This document shows, one piece after another, positions 48,027-62,227 of a stretch of 64,000 bases of DNA. Origin of the DNA: Toensbergia leucococca (lineage: Eukaryota); NCBI GenBank assembly GCA_022813965.1, contig JALDZS010000083.1, positions 1 to 64,000 on the forward strand. Reading direction: 5' to 3'. Each line of letters starts with the position of its first letter. The first letter of the stretch is position 1. Below the pieces are notes generated by a model. The model had not been told where the DNA came from, searched no databases, and worked only from the letters and a program-made list of their open reading frames with translations. A program made the position numbers and the translations under genes.

Positions 48027-51000
48027 TCAAGGAACAAATAATCTTGAAAACCCAACAACTTCTTGCCGGCAGCAAACACAAGTACCAAAATTATTCATCG
48101 CAAGACTAACCCTACATTCTTCACATATACTCAAGCACCGACACGGCCACGCCAAAATAGTCCTGGGGCTGCTCTGGCAAACGACGCACTGCGGTCCTCC
48201 AGCCCCTAGACCCTCGGCGCCGTCCTTCCACGTGGAAGAAGAAGAACCATCGGATTCTGCGGCTACTGAAGAGGCGGCGTATTGTGATCGGCGAGTTAGG
48301 AGGAGATGTTCAAGAATTTCGGCTTCTTCGTTGGGGGTAAGTTTGCCATTCGGGAGCGAGGGGGTGAAGCCAATCGGGCGGTAGCGGGTAGAGGTAAGAA
48401 CGTGCGCTTTCTCAAAATCTTGGGCATGGCGGTATTGTGATCTTGTTACGACACTGTCACTAGCCAGGTGATGTGCAAGCATTCGGGCCTCTTGGCGTTC
48501 CTCTAAATCCTTCGGATTAAGAAGTCGGGCAAGCTGGGAGGGATCGAGCGTAAGATCCATGACCGGACTGGATTCGCGGCTTATGAATTTTGGCTCCCGT
48601 TGGGTTGGTGTCGTGTCACCATCTTGGCCCCTGTCTGACTCCCAATCATCTTCACTGAGGTTCGTAGACATCGAAACTTCACTAGTGACATCGTCGTCTT
48701 TCTCTGATGGATGGTAATTGCCGCTTTCGTCTCGTTCACCCCACCAGCCGCCATGGGTCCACCAGCCGTAGAGCGTGGAGTCGAGCTTTTGCTCCTCTTC
48801 GTCTCCCCAGCTTTCACTCACAATCCTTAATCTTTTCTTTGTCTCCACCTCCACATCGACGTTATCGTTTGGTGGCAAAGAAAGAACGCCGTCGTCCGAC
48901 AAAAGCCAGAACTCAAGGTAATCGGGTTTTGTTATCTGTGCCGCTTTCTCTCTCCGTTTTGTTACCTTTGTGCTAGTGCTTACGTTTCTCATCCATTGCG
49001 GCCGTCTTACAATGCCCACCTTGTCGAACGTCTTGACAAGACCCAGAGCAAGCCAACCCACTATCAGCCAGAATATACCCGTAAAGAACTCCCAAGCCAT
49101 GATGTACCGGCCTCCTCGTTGTAGGGCACCGACTCCATCTGCTCTCATTCTTGGGTTGCCGCTACGTCTTCCAGCCTTTAGGGATTTGGTAGTTCTTTCA
49201 CGAGCGTAACCGCTTTTCCATTTCCTAGGGCCTAGAGGAGACTGCGAATCTTGGCCTTCCGCCAATGTGATGCCAGTTGCAACGAGACCATCGGGGTTAT
49301 CCGCGCTCAAAGATTGCCTGGTTTGCTCAATTTCTTTCAATCTGTCTTCCTCTAGCCACGTCCATTTGCCGATACCAATTCTCCGTCCTTCATTGAGATA
49401 GACCGCCTCGCTAGCAACAGTGAGAGTTGTGAATCCAACTTTGAGGAGTGCAGTATAGAAGTCTTCATGCATATTGATTCTGAGGCTCGACAGCTGCGCA
49501 TTTGCTTGCAGATTCTCGTGCGCCATCTTGAACCTTTCTACTAAACCTCGTGGTGGAGGTAAACCAATAGGCGGAGATAGCGCGGAGAGAACCAATGCAA
49601 GGAAATATATGCAAGCACACATACAAATTCCAGCGAGAATCAACAGATGCGGTATAAACCCAACTATACAAACCGTTGGAAAGCGAAGAATGATGGCATC
49701 TGCATTAGCTTCGGAAGGAAAGCTGAAAAAGCCCCATATGAAAGAACTCATGAAGCATAGCCCCCAAATTCCCGTATTGATAAGACGGAATCTGCCTTGC
49801 ATACCCAAGACACCTAAAACATGGCTACTCAGACTATTGAGACAAGAGATTAGACCCATTAGTAGAACCTCTGGTGGCGTGTTCAGCTTCTCAAACAAGA
49901 CACTACTTGCAATGATGCTCGCCGGATCTAAGGATCCATCAGCCTCTGTTGCTTTCTTGATCACGCTACCTTTGGTAAGACCAAATGGGCCTAAACCGAG
50001 CTGATTGCTGACCATAGCCTCCGCTTCGGCGAATGCGAGCGAATGCTCAAAGATAGACATGCCTGTTTCAGTCATAATAGGACGTCCTTGGACTGCACAA
50101 GACAGAGTCTCAATAAACTGACTCAAGCAGAGAGATTGAAAAAGAGGCCATAACAGATGGAGCGAACCGGTTAAGGGTGGAGATTCCGAATTTTGGCGTA
50201 TCATGTTGACTGCAATGCACGAATCTCGGTCGCCTTGCCAGAAGAGGAGTGTGGAACTAAGGACGTACAAGAATCCTCCGTTTTCTGCGAAGTCGAGATC
50301 AAGGTGCTTGTCTGGATTTCCATACTTCATTGAAGGATAATCGGGAGATGTCTGGCAACGCATTGCTTGCAGAAGAGACTGTGCATGGGAGAGAAACATG
50401 ATGATGGGGATAATCCGGAGAGCTGATCTTAATGGCCATGTCAGATTGATATGTCGGCGAGCTGAGGCATATATCTGAGTTCGATTGAGTATTATAGCCT
50501 GTGTACGGGATGTCAGCCAAATCCTACGTCAGAACGCAGATGAAAAGTGTGATTCCAAGATTGGTGCATCTATGCTCCAATTCTGCCGAGCATGCTCAAA
50601 CAGGCGAGAAGCTGTGTAGTGGAGGCATCATTACTAAAATCAGTCTTTACCAGGGTGAAGCATCCCAAAGCCCATTTGCTTGTCACATATGTGAAGACGC
50701 CTCCGAAATTCTTGACTTGCTGAAAGCTTAAAGCGTGGCTCAACATGCCCCCATGTGTGCTTGGTATTGAGGCGGCCTCGGTCGCTGCAGTAGCTGCAGG
50801 ACTCATGCCGGAGAGAGCAGCTATGGTCGAATTATGTATCCCTTCTCCTGTTGCCTCTGCAATGACACTCCCACTATTTCTAGATGCAAGAATGTTGTCA
50901 ATCCGTTCAGGGACAGTAACGAACGCAAAAGACCCCGCACGAGACACGATGCGAGGCAATGCCATCAAGAGATCCATTGGAGAAGGGTTCAGGTATGATG

Positions 51001-51103
51001 TTGCATTAGATGCAGAGGCTTTGATATGGCCGAAAGCTGAGATGAGGTAGGAAGTCGAGGAGGACTGGCCTTCAATTGGCATCTCTGGAAGTTCGGAGCC
51101 CAT
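48027..51103 (-). CDS. ASI3: Asi1/Asi3-like polytopic membrane RING-finger E3 ubiquitin ligase
   Basis: Several TM segments and C-terminal RING CVVCQSSPRTILAWPCRCLSICEECR...CVCCRQEVVGFSRLFVP. An N-terminal exon ends KWALGCFTL before a GT donor near 50651. Confidence 0.82.
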
Positions 51104-51858
51104 GCCAGTCGTGGGAGACGTGTTCCTTGACGTCGAAGCGTACTACATTAGGTCGTAGGTATTGAGAACACATTGACAGTTTGTAAAACAGTGAGGAGAT
51201 TACATTGAGCGGTGAGTAGTCCGTACAAGCGACCTAGTTTCAATGAGGTGTCGTTGACAGTCGCTGACGGCACTCACGGCAATGACGCAGAACTGAGCGT
51301 CACACTACTTACCCGGCGAAAACTCCAAACAGTTTGCCGCGTTGGGGTGGCCATATTCATGAGTATATTTACAACCTCAGTCACTGATTCTAAGAAGTCA
51401 TTGAAATTACACCTCATTCAATGATATGTTTCAGTCATCTGCTCCGAGAAAGGCTTTGACTCCCAGACATGAGGTACCTCTATGATCCTTATGAAAGAAA
51501 ACCTGAGAATTGAAGCGTTTTCAATCTGATTCCGGCATCTTCTTCACGGTGAACTGTTATGATTCGGTATTAGAGGGGTTATTGTAAGTGGTTGCAACTT
51601 GTCGATTCACCCTCAGTCTCCCTTGACTCAATTAATGAGGAGTACCGCCAATGAAATGAGCTACTTGTAAACATGACGAGGATATCATACTCGCCGCTCG
51701 AAATACTGCATGAACAATGCAACAAAGGCACATGGCTCGATTGCATGCGAACTCTTTTCAGAGGACCAAGTATGGAAAAGCCCCCATCTAAACAATGAGA
51801 TGGTGCATTGAGGTTATCATGTCACCTGAGCAAGTTTCTTTACTTCCGCCTAATCAAC

Positions 51859-52830
51859 CTAGCACAACTGCTTGCCATAAATCTTGAATTCCCCATTGTC
51901 GGTCTTCTGCACCATGCCAGAGTCTTCACAAACCAGCACTACCTCTGCTCCCGGGCATAGCGCATTGTACTCGCCTTCATTTTGTACAAAGCGCTTTCTG
52001 ACAGCCCTGGACAAGTCAGCTAGACCCCATTCATATGCAAGGTCGTCATTGTCTATGATCAGACCACAGTGATCGCAGAGAGCGAGTTGTGCTAGTTGAG
52101 GAATAATAGTGACAACGTTGCATAAGAAGCCTTCAGTTATGCACGTTTTACCCATTGTGGCAAATAGCAGAATCTGTAGTTGGATGCATGAGTTGAGTAG
52201 ACAAAGAAGGGATTCCAGATCGCAGTGGTTTGAGGGCAACAAAAAGAGCAACGATGCTTGTTAAACCAAGAGACTTTTCAACCTGCTCTCTGTGCTCCCT
52301 GCTGGGAGGCACTGCAGGGCGGGTTTGGATGTGGAATAGATGGACGCCTGCTCAAGGGCTGGATTGGCTGAATAGATGGCTGGGTCTAGACCGGTTCAGA
52401 TATCGATGAGGTATGTAATCTCGTGAAATTGATGGAACTAATAGACCTTGAGAAAGCGGGTAGGCGAATATAGGAACAGTGTAGAATGAGAGTGGCAAGA
52501 TTCTCAAAATGTTGATTCGCAAGAATTTCCCACCGATTACTGAGTAAGTAGAACGACAATGTTTCTTGCCCGGTTTTTTCCCCAATCGCTTGATAGTCGG
52601 AGGGCAAAAGATCGGTCCGTTTCCAAATAGCTGAATTGAATATCCTAAGCATGTTAAGGATTCGAGGCCCCGTAGCATATTTTCAAGTTATGATTAGGTA
52701 GATGCGTAGAGCACCCACCTAGTGACTTGGATGGACGACCAAATTTGGATTCAGCATCAAGCCAAAGAACCTCCAATTTCGCTGCACCTCACAAAGCTTC
52801 ACATATCTTCTCGTGGTGAGATGTCTGCCA
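51859..52830 (-). pseudogene. Possible decayed gene (fragmented ORFs)
   Basis: Adjacent protein-like fragments (MLRGLESLTCLGYSI...; MGKTCITEGFLCNVVTIIPQLAQLAL...) broken by stops and frame changes; no family recognised. Confidence 0.3.
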
Positions 52831-54044
52831 AATCTCTGTAGATAAGACTCTCAAGGCGTGTGCAGCGGTAGGGTTTTCAGATTGAATCTACCTTGAGTGC
52901 TAGGAATTCACTAATGGCACGAGTCAGAGCCGTGGCCGAATCAATTCCCGAGTGATTTTATTTGGCTAGACCTGAGGAAGACCGAGTCTAGAGATACACT
53001 CAATGCAATGAACATAAGGAGATGTAAAACACACAGAACAGGTAATCATCCGCTGGCGAACAGAATCCTCAAAAAGTCAAGCTTCTATTCTCATGTACAT
53101 TTCTGGCTGCGTATCAAAGCAGACTCTGCCAACTTCATAATTTTCACCTACCAAGTGGGGTACTGCCGAGGATCGTCCAGAGAAGGCGTTACAGAGCTCG
53201 ATCCATATAATAATGGGCATCTTGAAATTTGCTGGTACGGCGCTTTTTCGGGTAGATTGTTTGGAGTGGCTTCATGATGGCCGAATCCTAGCAGAGTTGT
53301 GCATCATTGGCCAAAAAGAGCTCTGACCAGAGAAGGGGCTTCATAATGTTCCCGACAAACTTTATAGGCATTTGAATGAAATCTCGAGGAACAAACTTTA
53401 TCCACAGTTAAACGGATGATATCTAGCAGTAGCATCAGTAAAGGCGGGATGTCTATTTCAGCCATGAATGGCCCGTTGCGTGTTGAGGATGATACGATTT
53501 GGTAGATGTTGACCCAAGTGAATTCTGCACAGTGGATTATCTATTTCCTTTTGAGTACGGTTGGTTTGATAAGGGTACTAATCGGACACCAAAATGCGGG
53601 TCGATAAACATACTAAGCACGACTCATGGGCGCTTTTGGTCTCGGTAATGACATACCTAATCCTCTCATTACAGATTACCTATCTATGGCTCTAATAGAA
53701 ATACTAGAAATTTATAAAGGAATACGTCTACCGAGTATAACATTGAAAACTCGCTGTCATACGCATCGCATGGGGTATAATGTAATGCAGATATAAAACG
53801 TTGGAGAGCACTCACCCGTCCTAGACCTGAATGAAGCTCTGGATGGCGATGGTGAAAAACGCCAAAAGAAAAGACGAATTCGACTTGTAGAAAAGTAGAG
53901 CATTCGTCAAGGGAAAGGGATCTCGAAATCCATGCTCAGATGCTGGGTTCAAGGAGCCGCCAACGCCAGACCGATACACAACGCCAAACTCCGGGTATAA
54001 CCATGAGGACGCCAGTGCTGCACAGAAAAAAGTAGAAAGATTGC

Positions 54045-55965
54045 TCAGTGACCGATGCCGGGTGGTGGGCCAATCTCTTCAGGACCGTCCCCTTCAATTG
54101 TCTCCTTCCAATGCTCGGGCAAACAGACGCAGACAAGCTAGTTCTCAGTCAGCCAAATCCTTAACACATTCAAACCGCAAATCACTTACAGGGAAGGCCT
54201 TGATCTCCCCGGTTGGCGAGGGAGATTTCCCTCTTCTTCCTGAACCATTTGAAACCCCGCTATCCCTCTGCAACTTGTGCTTGGCATCGTAGTCTTCTGC
54301 TCGATCATCGATCCGAACACCAGTCGCCCAGCCGTCATCCCAAATACCAACAACTTTGAGCATGTCGCCTCGTTCAAGCTCGAATTCGTCGCCTGCGCGA
54401 GGCTGATAAGCCCAGAGCGTTGACACCTTATCGTTAGGATGAATCTCATCCTGTGAGTAGTAATCCTTGAAGTATGGCAACTGCTCTGATTGCCCACTAG
54501 CCACGCCTTCTGGTGACGAGAATTGGCCTTCGGTACCTGAAGTAGGGGAGTTCGTGTCCTCTAATGCGCCAAGAATAGACTGACTCGATAAAGAACCGTT
54601 GCGTTTACCCGTCACTGGAGGGGCGCCTCCACTACGAGAAGCCGGGCTATCACCATAATACGCGTCGGAATCTGAAGTATCCCCATTCCTTCGACGAGTA
54701 CCGCCTGCTATACCGCCAACAACGGGGTTACCCTGCGACGGTGAATCGCTTGATGTTCCCTCCAAGGCCGACATTCTGGCAATGCGTCCATTTGGTGGAA
54801 CCCCGTAACCTGACTGTTGCGCTTGGTTTCCGTCTTGTGGGGCAAATATCATCTCAGCCCCTCCCCTTCTCTGCGGTGATGGCTGGTTGAAAATACTGCC
54901 TTTTGGACTACCCCGTCGCTGACGTCTTCCAAGGTATATGCAGCACAGTAAGAGCAAACCAAGCAGTAACGCTGCACCAAGTATCGAGCCAACAATGATC
55001 CCAGCAATCTGACCGCCGGAGAGGCCATGGTGGCTTGAGGCAGAGCTGGCAGTTGGAGCTACGGTAGAATTTGTTGCTGTCGGCATACCACTGGATGTAG
55101 AGGATGGGAAGAGAGGTGGCATCGAAGATGTTGTGGGTAATGTGACGCCAATGCAGCGGCTTGAGACGTTCGAGCCAACGCAGCATGAGTCGGTCGCATT
55201 TGAAGAGCTGGAGGCGCAATAACCACAAAGGCCCTGCAAGTTTGTTGAGAAGCCACAATTATCTGGCTCGTTTTCTTCCCCCGTAATACATCCCCCACTC
55301 AGCGAGTCAGCTGGTAGGGAACAATCTGTGAAATCGGCTCGGATCTGATCCATGAAGTTTTGGTTAGGGTTGCTACACAACTTTTTGTCCACAGCTATCC
55401 CTTCTTCGCTGATAGCTTGCTGAGCCTGCATATAGTTAGTCGCGAAGAGAAGAAGATGGTGTGTCACATACACAAGAGTCTGCGCACAGAGGCCGCGAGT
55501 CGGCGCTCGAAAGCGAACATGGCTGGATGGAATTCTGTATTATAGCATTACATATTACACTAGTAGTATATCGTGCGTAAAGATCGGTGGTGTTCGTAAG
55601 GTTGACATTACTGCAACCAAGAAGTTGCTGGTACCTGCGAAAGAACATGAGGCAAAGTTCTCGTAACATTAAAGGCGACTCACTTTAATTGGATGTAATT
55701 AGATGAGACGTATTGACTCAATTGTTGATCAAATTGGGCCGTAGTCGAAACAAAAGCGAGGAAAGGACTGCAGGAGATCAGCATGCGATATGAGAGAGGG
55801 AAGATATCGAGATTGGTACAATTGCGAAGTGAGCTTCGATGTTGTGGAGACGGAAGAGGCATTGAAGGCCGGACATTCCGTCGATGTTGAAAGAGAGATA
55901 CAGCTCTGTGTCGAGGCAATGGGAAGTATTGAGGCGAGGAATGTGAAGAAGGTTGTTGACCTCAT
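54045..55965 (-). CDS. Single-pass membrane protein: signal peptide, Cys-rich ectodomain, TM helix, cytoplasmic SH3 domain; multi-exon
   Basis: MRSTTFFTFLASILPIAS signal, GLSGGQIAGIIVGSILG TM, SH3 motifs LWAYQPRAGDEFELERGD, DDGWATG and AFP|LVCV. Confidence 0.88.
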
Positions 55966-56941
55966 GGTCGCGTAAGGTTTCCTTCCCGTGCACAGGAATC
56001 ACACCTCCTTTTCAGTCTCTTATACAGCTCATTTCGAAAGCGTAGTAGATTGCTTCGTTGCGATTCCCGTTTCCAACGACTGCCCAACTTGTTGAATCGT
56101 GAAATAGCGCGAGACTCGAGTTTCTCTCTTTTCCTACGCCTCGAGTCTGGGACAAGGACCAATTACTACGTGCTCCTAACCAAAACCTCACCTTCCCGGC
56201 GCCAAAAGAAAACAAGAGTCGACGATGTAGGACGGACAAACAGAAGTCAGGACATTCAATGGGCGACACAGACCGAAGCCGAGGAGCAGGGGACCCTGGT
56301 CGCAGATGCCAAAGTCTAATTAATCTTCCGCAAGCTACGAAATCCAGGTCGGCAGCTCATTCCCCAAACCTCGAGGTCTGATACCTTCCAAAGGCACTGA
56401 GATATTCAGCAACTATCTGTCCCTACGTGCTCTTATTGGGGTATACACAACAGAATACAAATGATCTATCGGCATAGCTCTATTCAAATCATCAGCGATC
56501 AAGACATGCGAGGTAATGAGATTACACTGCTATCGGAGCTGGCTCGACACCTGATTGGGAAGGTTGACCCTTGTCACGGGAGATTGCTTCATAGATTCGC
56601 GGACATTTTGGCGTCTCATTTAGAACGCCGGCACAATTACCTTTCCTTCTTCCACAAAAACAATACACCAGCCATGGGTCTCTGCGCTTATCTCCACACT
56701 TACCAGTACGACTTACTGGCCAGCAATTAATATCTTGTACTCCATAATCGTGTGAATAAGTCTAATCTACCGATTAGTTTGGGGATGAGACTAGGTAATA
56801 ACATATCGAAAGATTTGTGTGTGTGTGTTTGATCTCGTTGATACATTGTACTAGTATTTTTTACATGACTGTTGACGGCAGACACATCACACAACACTCG
56901 GTTCATAGCTCAAAACGGGCCGGTGAGTGTGAAAATCCTGC

Positions 56942-59034
56942 TCAGCAAGTCCAGATCCCAACGACGCCATCTCTGCGGCCCTCAGTAAGGTAACCGTCCT
57001 TGATTCTGACCCTTTCCACAACGCCAGGACGATTTCCATCATCCTCTGCTGCTGCACCTGCACCGCAGTCCCAATGCCGACCATCTGTTTTATCGTACAC
57101 CTTGGCCACGTCTTCACCAGCCGCAGAAATTATCCGCCGTGCATCAAACATCATGCTTGTGACGGGGTTGTCGTATGCGTAGGCGTCATGTATTGAGCCC
57201 GTTCGCAGATCCCATATCTGCTAGAACATTAGCCTTGATGCACACAGGGAAGACTTTACAGCCTACTCTTATACTCCGATCCAAACTACCAGTGACCAAA
57301 TGTACATCATCAAATTGTAAGCATGTTACCGGCGCTGTATGTCCCACTAGACTTCGATGTACTTGCCCGCTCCGGAGATCCCACAAGCGCACCATGCCAT
57401 CTGCGGTTCCGCAGGCCAGAGCTGCGTCGAAGCATTGCAACGCTCCAATAAAATCTGCTGACGCTTCTGGGAGTCGTCCTGTTGCCCGCCATTGGCTGCC
57501 ATTGGAGCCCACACTGGCCGATGCTTGAGCTGCTGCCCACAGAACATCTAGAGTTTGTATACATCGGCCTTTTACCAGATCCCATTGTCGTAAAGTCTTG
57601 TCCGCAGAACCAGAGACGAGCGTGTCACCCTTGAAATGCAATGCGGTGACTTCATCCACGTGCGCTTCTAGTGAAAATAGCGGGCAATCTTGCATGCTTG
57701 ATGAGTGTGGTGGTGGTGGAAGATCCTCCGGGTTCTCAAAACCTAAGCCATCGTCTTCATCTGTGTCTGTTCTATTCTCCTGCGGTGAGTATTCTGCTTT
57801 ACTTATGTCCCATAGCCGAATAGACGCATCCATGGAACCAGTGGCAACAATGTTATCTTCGACTTGAAGACAGCGCACCGATGCATGATGACCTTCAAGA
57901 AGACCGATACATCGTCCTAAATTCAGATCCCATACCCTCACGGTATCGTCGAGTGCAGATGTAATCATGGTACCGAATGGCGCATCGAAATCTAAAGCTG
58001 TTATTGTGTCATTGTGCGCCTGAATTTCTCTAATACTTGATCCAGGCTCGAAGTGCTCGTGCCTAATGGGCATGGATTTCCTTCGAACAAATTTATTTCG
58101 CTTCGTTTTTGGAGATGGTAGTTTCCCGTAAATAGACGCAGACATAAATGAGGCGCTCATGGCCTGAGTCTCGGATGTAGTAGCATCGATTTCCACTTCA
58201 ACCTCGGTCGGAGGTGTCGCAACTTGTCCCAACGTAGCAGCGTCGTCAAGCTCCTCTTGGAGGTCTTCTATCTTGTTGTCAAGGTCGAGCATATCATGTT
58301 CCCCTTGGACCTCTTCCTGCTCCAGGCCTGCCAGCCGGTCGAGTACAATCTTGCGCATGCTGTTCAAATTCGCGATCTTGTTGTCGATTTCTCGAATCTC
58401 AGAAGAGCACATGTTTTTCCGTACACCCATCATCTCCAGTCGGTGGTTCGTGTCGTTCCTGGCCTTCTTCAATTCTGCAATCGAAGTTGGCTCGTCAACA
58501 TCACCGGCGTTCTTGCCTAGTAGCCTTTGTCCCTTTGAATTATGTCGTCGGTGCCCCCTCCTGTGCTCGCTCTCCCCGTCTGGCAAAGTAGCTTGGAATC
58601 CTTGAAACAAAGAATAAACATTGTCATCTTCAGGGATATTTGCCAATAGCTCATCTGGAAGGTAGGTAAGGGCCCGGTGTTGAATTTCAGACGTTGAAAG
58701 TTTTGATCGTACCAGTTCTGTTGGGGAGGCTTGAGCGTAAGAGAAAACTCTCCTTTGGATACCCGGTCGTCGTAGCTCTTTCTGCAGCTCACTCATAGCA
58801 TGCTGATAATGAGAGCTGCTACTGGGGTCACCAAATGGGCCTATGAGATGGCTTGCGGTGGTTGTAACCTTACGACCGAAGGCCTCGATATGTCTTGTCT
58901 ATAGTATGTGAGCTCAAGAAAGATATACTAAAAGAAAAGATGCCTACAGTCAACGCAGTACCAAGGACCGCATCATCATCCGGTGCAGCCCTTGGCGGAT
59001 GGCGACCTATTGGCGAAGCATCACGGCTTGCCAT
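56942..59034 (-). CDS. MDV1: Mitochondrial fission adaptor Mdv1/Caf4 (N-terminal extension, coiled coil, WD40), 3 exons
   Basis: [29 protein letters not shown], coiled coil, and WD repeats [26 protein letters not shown]; ends DGVVGIWTC*. Confidence 0.93.
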
Positions 59035-59501
59035 CAAGCATCAAGACCCACAAAAGGTGAAAACGCTTTGACAGTACAACACGTTAATTCCTCACGATGC
59101 TGCCGTTAAATAGGGTACTGGCTAGGGAAGTAAGGTACCTAATTCATGTGGTGATCAAACGCTTTTTCACCAAGCCGCTCTCAAGCCACTCTCAAGCCAC
59201 TCGAGGATTGGTGCCACAACAGCTAGCCGAGGACCCCTGCGTCGATCATCTGGGGTTGAGACCATCGCGAAGAGAGTTGTTATGGAATTAATGCAACAGA
59301 CACAACCAGGTATTTCTAAAGGCTGAAATCCTCTTGGGATCGGAAACCAGCTCATTGGTATAATTGAAATATCCTTTCTCGGCTTAAGATGAGCTGGATT
59401 GGTGGTGAGATCATATGTTGAGACACTGAAAGCAGAATCCAGATTCAAGAGTCAAAAGCTCATGAGAGCGCCATAGACTACGAGGCCAGCTTCTCGCCAG
59501 T

Positions 59502-60411
59502 ATGGACACTGCGATTGATTTATCCGACGCATCAAAGGCGCTTGACCTTGCTAACATACGCTTCCAATTGATGTGAGACTTGGTATCCGTAAGTTGGACA
59601 TAAGTTGTTTGCTAAAATATAAATAGTCGTTTGGAAGACACCATCACATTTCACCTGATTGAGCGCGTGCAATTTCCATTGAACCAGACTATCTACAAAC
59701 CTGGCGGTGTAAAAATTCCAAATAGCAACCTCAGCTTGTTCGACTGGATGTTGTCAGAACAAGAGCGTCTTCAATCTCTGGTACGGCGTTACCAGTCTCC
59801 AGACGAGTACCCATTTTTCCCTGATGCATTGGAAACTCCAATCCTACAGCCTTTGCACTACCCAAAAATCCTCCATCCGAACAACGTCAATGTCAATAGT
59901 GTTATCAAGCAGAAATATATTGACGATGTCTTGCCACAAGCATGTAAACAGTTTGGAAGGGAAGACCGAGGCGAAAGTCAGGAGAACTACGGATCCGCTG
60001 CCACGTGCGATGTAGCTTGCCTTCAGGCCTTGTCCCGAAGAATTCATTTCGGCAAGTTCGTAGCAGAGTCCAAATTTCAGCAAGAAACTCAAAATTTCGT
60101 AAATTTGATAAACGCGGGAGATAGAGAGGGCATCGATGCCGCGATTACGGATGCCAGCGTAGAGAGGAAGGTGTTGGAGAGACTGAAGCTGAAGGCCAAG
60201 ACTTATGGAACAGACCCCAGTATTGGTGCTGAGGGAAATGGCAAAATTAACGTAGATGCTGTTGTTGCCATGTATCAGGTGAGTCAACCATGAACACAAT
60301 TTTTCAGTCATAGGCTACTGACAAAATCAGGAAACTGTAATTCCATTGACGAAGAAAGTTGAGGTGGAATACCTAATGCAACGGTTGGATAATACGCAAT
60401 GGAAGCCTTGA
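59502..60411 (+). CDS. ARO7: Chorismate mutase (AroQ eukaryotic type), 3 exons
   Basis: [57 protein letters not shown] and [17 protein letters not shown]. Confidence 0.96.
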
Positions 60412-60465
60412 GAACGTCTTGAATGTCCTAGGTCAGGACCACTGCTCTGTAGTGGGTAGACGATC

Positions 60466-61438
60466 TCAACTCGGTTGAAGATACTCTTCCAAGGCTTGAA
60501 CCGATGCTTCGAACTTTGTGGCTTCTATTAGTATCATATGGCCTCGTGGCTTAATTCCGAGTTCTTGGAATGCTCTCTTCGCATCTGACTGTCCCTCGCC
60601 TTCTTGCTTTGCGTAGTCAAAGCTACCGACCATGGATGAATAGCGCTGAAGAACCTCGTCTTCTGGATGGAAGTAAAATGGGTTTGCATCTCCTTGTTCG
60701 CCTGAGGTCTTTTTCTGCTTCACCTTCTTCTGAGGTCTACTCTCTTCTAAATCAAGTACAGACGCCACCTCGTGATATGTTTTGGACAGAATCAAATAAT
60801 GAGAGAAGGTATACGGCTCTTTCTCCTCCACCGCCCACGATATTTCCTCTAATAACATTCGGTACATTGGTGGCGCTACCTCTGACGGAATGTTAATGAG
60901 TCTTTCTGTAAGTATGAGTCCAATTTGGGCTGCGCTGGTTGGCTTGACCAGTTCTATGAGCGGCAAGAGAGCGGTGTTGGCTTTGGCCTGTTGCGAAATG
61001 TAGTTCACAAGGTTTTTGATAATTGGCTTTTCCTAATGCGAATTTCAGCCGTGAACATTGAAATAGTTCAAGTATATGCTCACTCTATGCTCGTGAAGAT
61101 TAAGTACTGTCAAAAAGGCATATGGATCTGTCTCATTTCCGTCTACCTTCACGGTTGATCCTAATAGAGGCTGCAATAGTATGAGATCCGCGAGCGCGCT
61201 GAGATCGAATAGCTGCGCATCAATGTCGAAAAGCTGGCGTAGCAACGTCTTGATTCCATGAAAGTCCACTTCTGGTTGCGGATCAAACCATTCGAACTCG
61301 ACGTCGAGCATATTAGTGTCCTGATCGTGTTCAGCTATATTCGCTCCAACCATTGAAATGCAGTACCTCATCGCTGCTACTCTCTTCTAAATCTTGGAGA
61401 TGAGGCCGGTCACTTTCAAACTCTTTCCGTTTCGCCAT
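60466..61438 (-). CDS. BCP1: BCP1/BCCIP family protein, 3 exons
   Basis: [46 protein letters not shown] and YFHPEDE. Confidence 0.93.
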
Positions 61439-61704
61439 GGAGAAAAAGCACTCTTGAGAGGCTGGCAGAGCAAATTGTACCCTGATGCACAGGGGCTTAT
61501 ACAGCTAAAAGGGCAGGGGTCGCTTTACTCTTCGTATCGATAATGAAACAGTGGAAATACGTCATCGAAGTGAAGTAGGTAAATTGGCGAATCCACACGT
61601 AGATCCGTCCCTCTTAAACACAACAACTCCTGGAACAATCTCATTTTCCAGTCAAGGCTTCCAAATAAAAACCCTAGCCCTTATTGACATCAGTATCTTA
61701 TATC

Positions 61705-62227
61705 ATGAGTGGAACGTCAAGCGTGGGCCAAAGCTCGGTCTATGAGGCTGGTGACCAGCGAAACTACAAAGACTCCGAAATCAACCAGGCAGACAGATAC
61801 CAGGAAGGCAAAGAAAACAGCCACAACTCACTTGATTCTAGTAAGCCTCCTGTAATTCCAAGCCCTGTATTCGCAGTGATATGAAATACATACTGACTTC
61901 TCACAGAGGATGAGAGATCAATTGCCAATAGACTGGCGAATGAAGAAAAGGTATGGCCATTAGCATTGAAACATACTCTCACAAACTAATTATTTTGAAG
62001 CGTAGTAATGAGCCAGAGCCAATTAGCAAGGAAGCTGCCGAGTCCCAGAAGGACCCTACACTTCCCGTACGTCTCGAATTCTAAATATGTAGGGACGTCT
62101 CGGGAAACCACTGACACGCTTATTCCAGGCACGGAACCACGGCAACGAGCCATCTAAGGGTGCGAAGATTGATGCTGAGATACAAGCAGAGGAGGAAGAA
62201 TACTTGCGTAAGAAGGGAAAGAAGTAG
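61705..62227 (+). CDS. Small conserved hydrophilic fungal protein, 4 exons
   Basis: Spliced product MSGTSSVGQSSVYEAGDQRN...SHNSLDSKDERSIANRL...KDPTLP|ARNHGNEPSKGAKIDAEIQAEEEEYLRKKGKK* with canonical introns. Confidence 0.85.

Noticed and set aside
55362..55371. ggttagggtt telomere-like or template-like sequence
   Set aside because: Lies inside the coding exon of the SH3 protein (SNPNQ).
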